From a virus (taxonomy: Duplodnaviria > Caudoviricetes), in IMG/VR virus record IMGVR_UViG_3300020045_013145, positions 1 through 35,687 of that record: a stretch of DNA of 35,687 bases, one strand, 5' to 3'. The notes beneath the pieces were generated by a model. That model did no database searches. It was not told the DNA's origin and saw only the letters and a program-made list of their open reading frames with translations. Position numbers and translations under genes: made by a program. Shown here piece after piece: positions 18,690-26,045 of this stretch (position 1 is its first letter; each line of letters opens with the position of its first letter).

Positions 18690-19365
18690 TTAATCTCGCT
18701 TTATATTTTGGAACACGCTTACCATTTAAATCCATAGCATGTATAGAATTGCCCATCAATTCTTCCCACGGCTTAATAGAATTCATATATTGATGCTCTC
18801 GCGCCCACTCTAGAGCATACGGACTATCTTGGGTTAGCTCGTAACAAGGCATAGCTTGAGTATAATGAATAAGCTTAGGCATAACCTCTGGAGGCTCCTG
18901 ATATCCAACTAAAAAGTTAAATTCTCTAGGCAAGTCGCCAATCTCATTCTCAGACGCCCATGCAATAGTATGCAAACCAGTGGCGGTTTCAATATATTCA
19001 GGCGTTAGAATCTTGCATTTAGCACAGTTAAAAAGCATAACCGATGCCCATTCGAACCTATGATTTTCATCTTTTGAAACCATAACAGTATATTTGTCAT
19101 CAGCTTTTGCAAATAATTCTGCAATATCAGCTGTCAATAAAATATCGGCATCTAAAAACAATGCCCAGCCTTCGTAGTTACATAGGTATGGAACTAAAAA
19201 TCTAGAAAATGTAAAAGGTGTCAACCCAGTACGCTTAATAGGCAACTGCTCAATAACCAGCGGAGTAATAGCCACTGGCTCGGAAGAATGTCTATAAACG
19301 CTCTGGGCGAGCACAGACAAGGATACGGGCTGACGTGGATCAGCTCCAATAAAAATACGTAGCAT
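18655..19365 (-). CDS. GT-A fold glycosyltransferase (GT8-like)
   Basis: IFIG.D.R, T.FTFSRFLVPYL, FLDAD (DxD), WASVMLFNC, LP.E.N.LVG, IHYT. Confidence 0.85.
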   Translation of the reverse strand: MLRIFIGADPRQPVSLSVLAQSVYRHSSEPVAITPLVIEQLPIKRTGLTPFTFSRFLVPYLCNYEGWALFLDADILLTADIAELFAKADDKYTVMVSKDENHRFEWASVMLFNCAKCKILTPEYIETATGLHTIAWASENEIGDLPREFNFLVGYQEPPEVMPKLIHYTQAMPCYELTQDSPYALEWAREHQYMNSIKPWEELMGNSIHAMDLNGKRVPKYKARLNAKQQNVASTA

Positions 19366-19373
19366 CGATACTC

Positions 19374-19559
19374 CTAATACTTCGTAGAGCGCGCAACTCC
19401 AGACACAGCGTCATGTCTAACTGATTTATTGCACATCTTAGAATTAGTTGTCATATCAACTGGGCCTGCAACTACTGAAGTGCGACCAGCAGGATTGCTC
19501 ATAGATGATATAGATTTGTAAGATGGAGATGATACACGTCCCTTAGATGCATTTTTCAC
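19374..19559 (-). CDS. hypothetical Ser-rich protein
   Basis: Overlaps upstream gene; fills the gap before the GT gene RBS. Confidence 0.5.
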   Translation of the reverse strand: MKNASKGRVSSPSYKSISSMSNPAGRTSVVAGPVDMTTNSKMCNKSVRHDAVSGVARSTKY

Positions 19560-20134
19560 TTTACGGTCTCCTGTAGAGCTTTCTTAAATTCCAAATAGCC
19601 GGGTCTAGGCTCGGCAACTATCCTATATTCTAGCACAATTTTGTTATCTTCATCATGTCTAACCTGCTCACAATGAAACATTCTAACAATAAATCGTTGC
19701 ATAATCAGCGTCAACCAAAACTGCTCATCTTCCTGAATTAAATGGGCATTTCTACCATCTGGCAAATGTTTTTTTGCTGGGCCATGATGTATAACTAAGA
19801 GTATAGAATGCTTAGTGACCCTATACAAATCATCTAACACATCTAACAAGCAGTCAGGCTCTATGTGCTCTAAAACATCAGAGCAAATCACAATATCAGC
19901 TGGCTCTGGAGTGTTGGCGTGCTCTGGTACACATGGATCATACTGCTTTATATCAAATGGCAAATTGGCCGCCAGTGTACCTTTACCACAGCCGTAATCT
20001 AAAATGTCTGTAGTTTTTAATTGCTCAGAAACGCCTTTTACATAATTGGCCAACTTTACCCCAGATGTTCCATATGCTTTTTTTTCAACATGCATTTGCT
20101 CGTTTAACTTTCTATACTCATCGGTAATTAACAT
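19556..20134 (-). CDS. class I SAM-dependent methyltransferase
   Basis: ILDYGCGKG, YDP, DIVICSDVLEHI. Confidence 0.9.
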   Translation of the reverse strand: MLITDEYRKLNEQMHVEKKAYGTSGVKLANYVKGVSEQLKTTDILDYGCGKGTLAANLPFDIKQYDPCVPEHANTPEPADIVICSDVLEHIEPDCLLDVLDDLYRVTKHSILLVIHHGPAKKHLPDGRNAHLIQEDEQFWLTLIMQRFIVRMFHCEQVRHDEDNKIVLEYRIVAEPRPGYLEFKKALQETVK

Positions 20135-21570
20135 CCAAACTCCCCTTTTACATTTTCAATTGCCATTTTAATCACTGCCTCCCAATCACCAACGCTTGGT
20201 TGCCAAATATTAGTAATAGAGTTGTACCAAGGCATATCTTGCCCATACACTCCCATTTGCCACAAATGCCGATACGGGCATAATTGATAAGCCCTTAACC
20301 CCGCAGCACCTGCTAAATGAATAACTGATTGCGGCACAGAGATAATTAAATCTAACTCGGTAATAAGCCCAAGCGTTAAATTATAATCATCTACCATATT
20401 TTTAAAATGGTGAATTTCTTTATGCGTGCTCTCGGTAAATCTATCAATCTCATGGATTACATTGTCATGATATTGTAGCGAGATAAAGTTTGCATCCAAA
20501 TCAAACAAAGGTAACAACTCGCCCATTGGCAACACTCTAGAATCTTTAGATGATTTATGTGTACCACCTTTCCATGATATGCCAATGTTCAGTTTTCTTT
20601 TGGGCAATCTAGCCAAGGTTTCTTGAGCCATCTTGCATGCATATTCTTCGGCAACCAGGTAAGGCTTTCTTGGAAAATCTTCCCATTTTTTTCTATAGAA
20701 TTTTGAAATAGAGCCAATAGGGATACGAGCATCAATGTCATAATTAGCGCACCAGGCAACTTCATGATCTTTACGTGTCCCATAACAATCTATATTTAAA
20801 TCCTTAAACCCACGTCTAAACATCTTATAAAGTCTAGGATGCGCATCGTAAATAACTTTTTTACAATCCTTAGCCATGTCAGGCAAAACCGTTGCAAACA
20901 TCAACTCATCGCCAATGCCCTGTTCACCGTAAACCACTACAGTTTGACCTTTTGTGCCATCCCATATGGGAGTCTCTTTTTTAGTTGGACAATAATTTCT
21001 AGCTTTCTTAGCGTTTTTTCTATCGCCAAAATCATAATTTATAAAACCATTCTCATAATCACCAACTTCTAAAAGCACTAAAGATTTATTCCATTTAGCA
21101 TTTTCATTGTCAGGATTTAATTTTAAAGCCTCATCAAAATGTATTAATGCTGTTTCTGCTGCATGCATGGCAACATGAGCCGAACCTAAGTTGGCAACAT
21201 AGTCTGATAGCATTTTGTTAGAGTTTGCGCCACAGTCTTGTTGAAATTTAGCACTTTTGCCAATCTCAATAGCACGCTTAAATGCGTTAATTGCCTTGTC
21301 AAAATATCCAAGTTTGCGATAACATCCGCCTACATTATTTATACATTCTGAAAAGTCAGGATGTAATAAAATAGCTTTTTCATAAGCCATAATAGCCGCG
21401 CCTATGTTTTCTTTTTTAGAATAATAGGAGGCCATTAGGTATAAGTAAAAAAAGTTATTTGGATCTTGATCTAGTAAGAATAAAATCTTAGGGTAAGCTT
21501 GCTCAACCTTCCCTTCCACTATCTGATTATGCGCCTCTTGCGCTAAATCCTTTAAATTAACTAATGCCAC
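20128..21570 (-). CDS. TPR-repeat + GT-B (GT9-like, FlmG/FlbA-type) glycosyltransferase
   Basis: N-terminal TPRs; W.G...VYGEQGIGDELMFA, IGISWKGG, FISLQY, LDLIISV..SV.HLAGA.G. Confidence 0.85.
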   Translation of the reverse strand: MALVNLKDLAQEAHNQIVEGKVEQAYPKILFLLDQDPNNFFYLYLMASYYSKKENIGAAIMAYEKAILLHPDFSECINNVGGCYRKLGYFDKAINAFKRAIEIGKSAKFQQDCGANSNKMLSDYVANLGSAHVAMHAAETALIHFDEALKLNPDNENAKWNKSLVLLEVGDYENGFINYDFGDRKNAKKARNYCPTKKETPIWDGTKGQTVVVYGEQGIGDELMFATVLPDMAKDCKKVIYDAHPRLYKMFRRGFKDLNIDCYGTRKDHEVAWCANYDIDARIPIGSISKFYRKKWEDFPRKPYLVAEEYACKMAQETLARLPKRKLNIGISWKGGTHKSSKDSRVLPMGELLPLFDLDANFISLQYHDNVIHEIDRFTESTHKEIHHFKNMVDDYNLTLGLITELDLIISVPQSVIHLAGAAGLRAYQLCPYRHLWQMGVYGQDMPWYNSITNIWQPSVGDWEAVIKMAIENVKGEFGC

Positions 21571-21693
21571 TATTAATCCCTATCCATATAGTTAATAGAT
21601 AGTGACAAAATTTTGTAAAACAAGCAAGAGCCAAGAGTCGCGACAACCCACGACTCCAGGTACTGTTTCTACACTTGGCAGATCAGCTAACAG

Positions 21694-21726
21694 AAAACTC
21701 ACCCGTGCTTTCGCAGAGGGGTGAGT
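21694..21726 (-). terminator. Rho-independent terminator after capsid/decoration genes
   Basis: - strand ACTCACCC-ctc-TGC-GAAA-GCA-c-GGGTGAGT followed by TTT. Confidence 0.75.
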
Positions 21727-21733
21727 CATATCT

Positions 21734-22189
21734 TTAAGCATTACCCTGGAAGGTATAAAACACTGTCATCGCTAAATGAATTGATGATGTAGCCGTTCCA
21801 GGTGTTACACCACAATACATTTTCGCATACTGAGTTGCCTGACTGTCAGGGCATGACACAGTAAACGGTAATTGACCCCCAATCGGAGTTACAAAGTAAG
21901 TAGTTCCTAATGTAACCTGGGAAGCAAATCGTGACAGAGTTGTAGCCCCTGTTGTAACCTCAATACCGATATCAACTGGCATAGTAGCAGCACCAGATGA
22001 ACCACGATATTCGATTTCAACAATCTGCGACCCAGTCGGTACTTTCATCATATATACAGTTAATGCATTAGCAGAGGCTGTGATGTCAGCACCAGAGTAT
22101 GTGTAATTTGTTGACTTGGTTATTAACCCAGTAGGCATGTTAACAATAACCGATGCGCTAGCTGCTGTTGCAGTAGTATTAGTAGTCAT
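21734..22189 (-). CDS. capsid decoration/cement-like protein (Thr-rich)
   Basis: Directly after MCP, before terminator; VP.G.QIV...DIG beta-sandwich pattern. Confidence 0.65.
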   Translation of the reverse strand: MTTNTTATAASASVIVNMPTGLITKSTNYTYSGADITASANALTVYMMKVPTGSQIVEIEYRGSSGAATMPVDIGIEVTTGATTLSRFASQVTLGTTYFVTPIGGQLPFTVSCPDSQATQYAKMYCGVTPGTATSSIHLAMTVFYTFQGNA

Positions 22190-22192
22190 TTA

Positions 22193-23260
22193 TTAAATAC
22201 CTCCATTTGCAAAACCAGTGGTGTAGATAGTGATTACACCAAAGTCTAGCGAGTTAAACACAGTCTTCTTCAGACCCCATATCATACCAGCTGAGACACC
22301 TAACTGATTGCCGTAGTCGAAAAGTTCCTCAACCCAACTGACTTTATTTCCGGCATTGTCTTGACCAAATGCTAGAACCGCTGATTGAGCACCACAAAGA
22401 ATCGCGCGGTAAGCACCGTTAGCGTCTTGAGTAATACGTGGAGTTTCGTGGAAAATAACCCCGTTATACATGCCGAGTGAGCCTGTAAAAATTGGGTTGT
22501 TAGTGATACCACCACCCTGTAGCACGGCTTGTTGAATATCAAACCATTGAGCCGCAGTAGTTGAAGTACGCATTGCTGTTACTTGGTATGGATGCAAGAA
22601 GCATACAAAGTAATCTGCGCCGTCAATCTTAATTGGGCGTAACGGATAACCAGTACCAGAGCAGCTATTGTCTAGCTTGGCTTGCTCTAGCGCATAGTCA
22701 ATCAGTTTAAGATTGAATACGTTAGAAGCAGTTGCGCCTGATGACACCAATGATGCAGTGGTCGAGCTGTTAGCTAAAACCACATTAGTTGGTGCAGTTG
22801 GCGTTTGTAGACCAGCTTGAGCTGGGGTAGCAGATGTTAAACCTATAAGCTGATTAAATCCGCCTAAGTCAAACACGCCGGCATACCAGTCAGACAATGC
22901 TTTTTGCATTTCTTCTCGTACTGAGAAAGGAACGCGTTGTTCACTCATCTTACCTGAGCTTCTAACCGCATTACGTAATTGATTGATAATCATGCTGTCT
23001 GTATAGACATTCATGGTTTCTTCATTACCTTCTAGAGTACCATCGCCGATGATACCTTGTGCACATAATTGAGCACGTAGTTGGTAAGTGATTTGGTCAC
23101 CAGGACCCTTTTGTGTGTCATCTAAAACTTGAATCATGGAGTTATCATCAGAACCCATGAACTTATATAGCCAAGTTTGACGCAACGCTTCAGACATTAG
23201 ACGTTTCGACCATAACTTGACCGCATTACTAGAGCCGGCGCCCCATCCAGTCGTTGACAT
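22193..23260 (-). CDS. major capsid protein (N4-gp56/DUF4043-type)
   Basis: VKLWS, GD.I...L, GDGTLEGNEE, I.QLR.AV, MSEQR..F..R, LHPYQ, GSLG.YNGV, GLKK.VFN..DFG. Confidence 0.9.
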   Translation of the reverse strand: MSTTGWGAGSSNAVKLWSKRLMSEALRQTWLYKFMGSDDNSMIQVLDDTQKGPGDQITYQLRAQLCAQGIIGDGTLEGNEETMNVYTDSMIINQLRNAVRSSGKMSEQRVPFSVREEMQKALSDWYAGVFDLGGFNQLIGLTSATPAQAGLQTPTAPTNVVLANSSTTASLVSSGATASNVFNLKLIDYALEQAKLDNSCSGTGYPLRPIKIDGADYFVCFLHPYQVTAMRTSTTAAQWFDIQQAVLQGGGITNNPIFTGSLGMYNGVIFHETPRITQDANGAYRAILCGAQSAVLAFGQDNAGNKVSWVEELFDYGNQLGVSAGMIWGLKKTVFNSLDFGVITIYTTGFANGGI

Positions 23261-23444
23261 AATAAAATCCTTTAATTAAAAAACCATTAATAAAACAAAA
23301 AGCTTTTTCCTTTATTAGCCTAGGATGGCTGTGTGGCTGTGACCCCAGCGCGGGCTAACTGTGACACCGTTAGCGCGGTTTGTGCAATTTATGACCATAT
23401 CGAGAATAACCTCGCTATGGCACGGCTTGCAGAGCCTTAGCCTT

Positions 23445-23472
23445 AATATAGCACGCTGAATTTAAAATGCAA
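23445..23472 (-). promoter_or_regulatory. sigma70-like promoter for capsid gene
   Basis: - strand TTGCAT, 16 bp, TG-c-TATATT. Confidence 0.55.
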
Positions 23473-23474
23473 AA

Positions 23475-23703
23475 TGCTACCGATTTGCTACCGATTTTTT
23501 ATAATCAGGAGCAATTGCAATCAGTCTTTGGACTAGTTAGCAATATTGCGGCGGAGTTTAGTCCGCTCTAGAGCCCTTGCGTACCAAGGCTTCTAGTGCG
23601 AAATGGACTAATTACCATCTGTGGATGGTAAAATCTTCCATTTGATAATCTTATCAGAGGTTATCAGATATGATTTGCTTTTAAGCACTAGAAGCCTTGG
23701 TAC
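23475..23703. repeat. cluster of recombination-site-like repeats
   Basis: TGCTACCGATT x2 (23475-96); 19 bp perfect IR 23581-99/23685-703; palindromes TTACCATC-N4-GATGGTAA (23612-31) and TGATAATCTTATCA (23643-56). Confidence 0.8.
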
Positions 23704-23723
23704 ACCTAGGTTTTTATTTATTT

Positions 23724-23751
23724 GATGGCCATTTGACGGTTTGCGTTAAAT
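23724..23751 (+). other. dif-like (XerC/XerD) site
   Basis: GATGGCCATTT-GACGGT-TTGCGTTAAAT vs E. coli dif GGTGCGCATAA-N6-TTATGTTAAAT: 6/11 and 9/11 matches, 6 bp spacer. Confidence 0.45.
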
Positions 23752-23799
23752 CACTTTTAAGTTTGCTCTATAATTAACTTGTGACATCAGGGGGATGTT

Positions 23800-24297
23800 A
23801 TGAGCGAAGATAAGGAATTTAACAATAACTACAAACAACATAGATCATATATTCACCATGTCATTGGGCGATATATCTCTGATGCGTGTACTGTCGATGA
23901 TTTAACCCAAAACACCTTTATGAAGGCATGGCTTGCTAGACACACATTTCGTGGCGATAGTGCTTATCGTACTTGGCTACATAGAATTGCAGTTAATACA
24001 GCTCTTGGATATTTAGTTTCTTTCAAAGAGAAATCATATAGATATAGGTATTCGTTTAATGATTATGACTTTAAAAGCCAAGATGATGTTTTAGAGGATA
24101 ATATTACTTATGAAGAGATAGAAAGCATTCAAAAAGCAATCGAAGAACTTCCTACAAATATGCGAAATGCAATAATCTTATATACCATCTATGGAATGTC
24201 TTATGAGCAGTTAGCAGAAATGTACGAAATACCTATTGGAACCATACGCTCACGATTACATAGAGCCAGGTATATACTAAAGAATGCTTTAAAGTAA
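23800..24297 (+). CDS. ECF sigma factor, RpoE/AlgU-like
   Basis: Region 2 DDLTQNTFMKAW...FRGDSA..TWL.RIAVN; region 4 LP...R.AI.L...GMSYEQLA.....PIGTIRSRLHRAR. Confidence 0.9.
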   Translation: MSEDKEFNNNYKQHRSYIHHVIGRYISDACTVDDLTQNTFMKAWLARHTFRGDSAYRTWLHRIAVNTALGYLVSFKEKSYRYRYSFNDYDFKSQDDVLEDNITYEEIESIQKAIEELPTNMRNAIILYTIYGMSYEQLAEMYEIPIGTIRSRLHRARYILKNALK

Positions 24298-24298
24298 A

Positions 24299-24329
24299 TG
24301 GCGCGAGATGGACGGTTGATACATCTCGC
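24299..24329 (-). ncRNA. microhelix-like RNA ending NCCA
   Basis: GCGAGATG-11 nt loop-CATCTCGC-GCCA. Confidence 0.45.
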
Positions 24330-24455
24330 ATAGTGGTTGACAGCATTAAGTGACATCTGGCATTCCCGGGACGCTATATATTGCTTCTACCAAGTAACCC
24401 AAAATGCTTGCATGTAGCCAACCAATACATGCTCGTCTGACTAGACGAGTGCGCA

Positions 24456-24512
24456 TGGAGCACGGCTATTTACCGAGGGGCTATCTAGATTCACCCGCCA
24501 GGAACACCGCGC
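24456..24512 (-). ncRNA. 57 nt tRNA-like mini-RNA
   Basis: GCGCGGT...GCCGTGC-TCCA 7 bp acceptor-like stem; central 7 nt loop ATCTAGA. Confidence 0.5.
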
Positions 24513-24603
24513 ATAAAAAGTTGGCCGTCTGTTCCGGCCTGTCAGAGTCTTTCCTCCGTCAGCTACCCGCCGCTGCGCCGTGAGTAGCATTTCGCAGCAC
24601 GAG

Positions 24604-24680
24604 TGGGAGCGCGGCTCGTGGAAGCACTTATCATGCGAACCGAATCGCTAATAGTCTGCCGCTATTTGTCACTGCCGCGC
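24604..24680 (-). ncRNA. 77 nt tRNA-like RNA
   Basis: GCGCGGC...GCCGCGC-TCCCA; internal AATAG/CTATT stem with 7 nt loop CGGCAGA; GCGA/TCGC and GTG/CAC hairpins. Confidence 0.5.
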
Positions 24681-24686
24681 ATAAAG

Positions 24687-24760
24687 TGATCGGGGGTGTA
24701 GGATTTGATACCTACATCTCTGGTGGCCTACCAGCGCAATCAATCTTAGGCTAACCCCCA
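24687..24760 (-). ncRNA. degenerate tRNA (Pro-like scaffold), non-canonical loops
   Basis: Acceptor TGGGGGT/ACCCCCG-ATCA; TA at 8-9; anticodon stem CTGGT/ACCAG with 5 nt loop; T-arm GTAGG-TATCAAAT-CCTAC. Confidence 0.65.
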
Positions 24761-24763
24761 ATT

Positions 24764-24820
24764 TGGAGCGTGGCAGAGGTAACTAACCCCATTCTCTGGT
24801 AGTTAAGCAGAGTGCCACGC
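24764..24820 (-). ncRNA. 57 nt D-arm-less tRNA-like RNA
   Basis: GCGTGGC...GCCACGC-TCCA; CTCTG/CAGAG stem; GGGG-TTAGTTA-CCTC T-arm-like. Confidence 0.55.
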
Positions 24821-25023
24821 ATAAATTGCAGGGGATTTGTTTATTACTCAAGACTCCCCAACTTAAGGCTTGCTATAACCCATGCAAGCGAGGGAAGCGC
24901 CCACGTTGAGCATACAAGCGGCCAATGGCTGACCACATCAGGATACTTCCGGCTAGCTTTGCCATACCTACCTTTGCTACCATTCTTTCCTCTGCTCTCT
25001 GCCGCACTTTCGACCGTTAAGCT

Positions 25024-26034
25024 TTAATAAAAGTCCTTTCTATAATCACCATTTCTTTTGGACTCTAGCTTTACTTGATTAAAGAATTCATCAAACTCTG
25101 AATCAGACATCTCATTAATACGAGATATATCATAACTCTTTTCTAAGTTTTTGCCACCAGCACGAGGTAATGATTTACCTTTTTGCATACCTTTAGAAAC
25201 TTTATCTAATTTGCTTTCAGTATTTGGCGAATTAAATCCTCGTGCTTTAGCAGCAGCATAAATGCGTTGCGCAGGATTAGCTCTTTCTTTGAAAGACTTA
25301 GCCGCTAGTGCTCGCTCATCTTCTCGCAGTAATTGCGCTGATTCTTGCGGCGAATACCCTAATGCCATGTATTCTTGAATCCTAGAGTTTTCTAAGAACT
25401 TATAAGCATCCATAAAGTCTGGCGCTTCTTTTATATATTCCATGGCTGATGCTTTATAAGCATTATCAAGAGCTGCTTCTGCTTGTTGCTGCTTGTAAGC
25501 TTGAGCTTGCTGCTCTAGATACTGCTGTTGAGCGGTAACAGTTTTATGTAGATTTTCCAATTGATAGGATTGGTAGCCCAGTGGATCTTCATTTGGATCA
25601 GGAATCATAACCTCTGGAGCTTTCTTAGGCGCACTCATACCTTGTTGCTGTTGTTGCATTAACATTTGTATTTGCTGTTGCAACAATTGATTTTGATACG
25701 CTTGCTGTTCTAGCTGAGCTTTTAATTCTTGTCTTTTGGATTCTGCGATACCATATGCTTTCGAAAAGTCCCGCTTAGATTGTTTTGTTGTATGCTCTGG
25801 TTGATACTGCTCATCTTCTGCTGAACTAGTCTCATATCGCTCTGTCTCTTGTCCACCATCGCCTGCTGAAAGCTGCTCATTAGATCTCTCGCCAAGCTCT
25901 TGCTCTTCTCCTGCATCTCCTTCTGTCTCGCTATCTTGTCCAGAAAGTTCACCGTATCCTTCGGGTTCATAATCACCTCTGCTTTCAAAGTATTTCTTTT
26001 CATCTTCATTCAAAACATTCATCGCATTTGCCAT
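25024..26034 (-). CDS. scaffolding protein
   Basis: After portal; acidic N-terminus, Gln-rich coiled coil, PDP.EDP, MSD.EF C-terminus. Confidence 0.8.
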   Translation of the reverse strand: MANAMNVLNEDEKKYFESRGDYEPEGYGELSGQDSETEGDAGEEQELGERSNEQLSAGDGGQETERYETSSAEDEQYQPEHTTKQSKRDFSKAYGIAESKRQELKAQLEQQAYQNQLLQQQIQMLMQQQQQGMSAPKKAPEVMIPDPNEDPLGYQSYQLENLHKTVTAQQQYLEQQAQAYKQQQAEAALDNAYKASAMEYIKEAPDFMDAYKFLENSRIQEYMALGYSPQESAQLLREDERALAAKSFKERANPAQRIYAAAKARGFNSPNTESKLDKVSKGMQKGKSLPRAGGKNLEKSYDISRINEMSDSEFDEFFNQVKLESKRNGDYRKDFY

Positions 26035-26045
26035 ATACTTCTCTC

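Noticed and set aside
23643-23656. Fur box
   Set aside because: TGATAATCTTATCA is one base short of the 7-1-7 consensus and lies within a recombination-like repeat cluster
24521-24565. Hammerhead or HDV-like ribozyme (CTGAC...GAAA)
   Set aside because: Lacks the CUGANGA core and the required stems; no nested pseudoknot found by eye
24440-24830. CRISPR mini-array (recurrent CGCATAAA)
   Set aside because: Repeat is only ~8 nt, spacing is irregular, no cas genes; explained by the acceptor stem plus leader
24299-24859. Canonical tRNA genes
   Set aside because: No unit has a full D-arm, a 7 nt anticodon loop and a TTCRA T-loop together; reported as tRNA-like only
24812-25027. 71 aa + strand ORF and a 36 aa - strand ORF (24873-24983)
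   Set aside because: The + ORF has no RBS or motifs and overlaps structured RNA; the - ORF has an RBS but no other support
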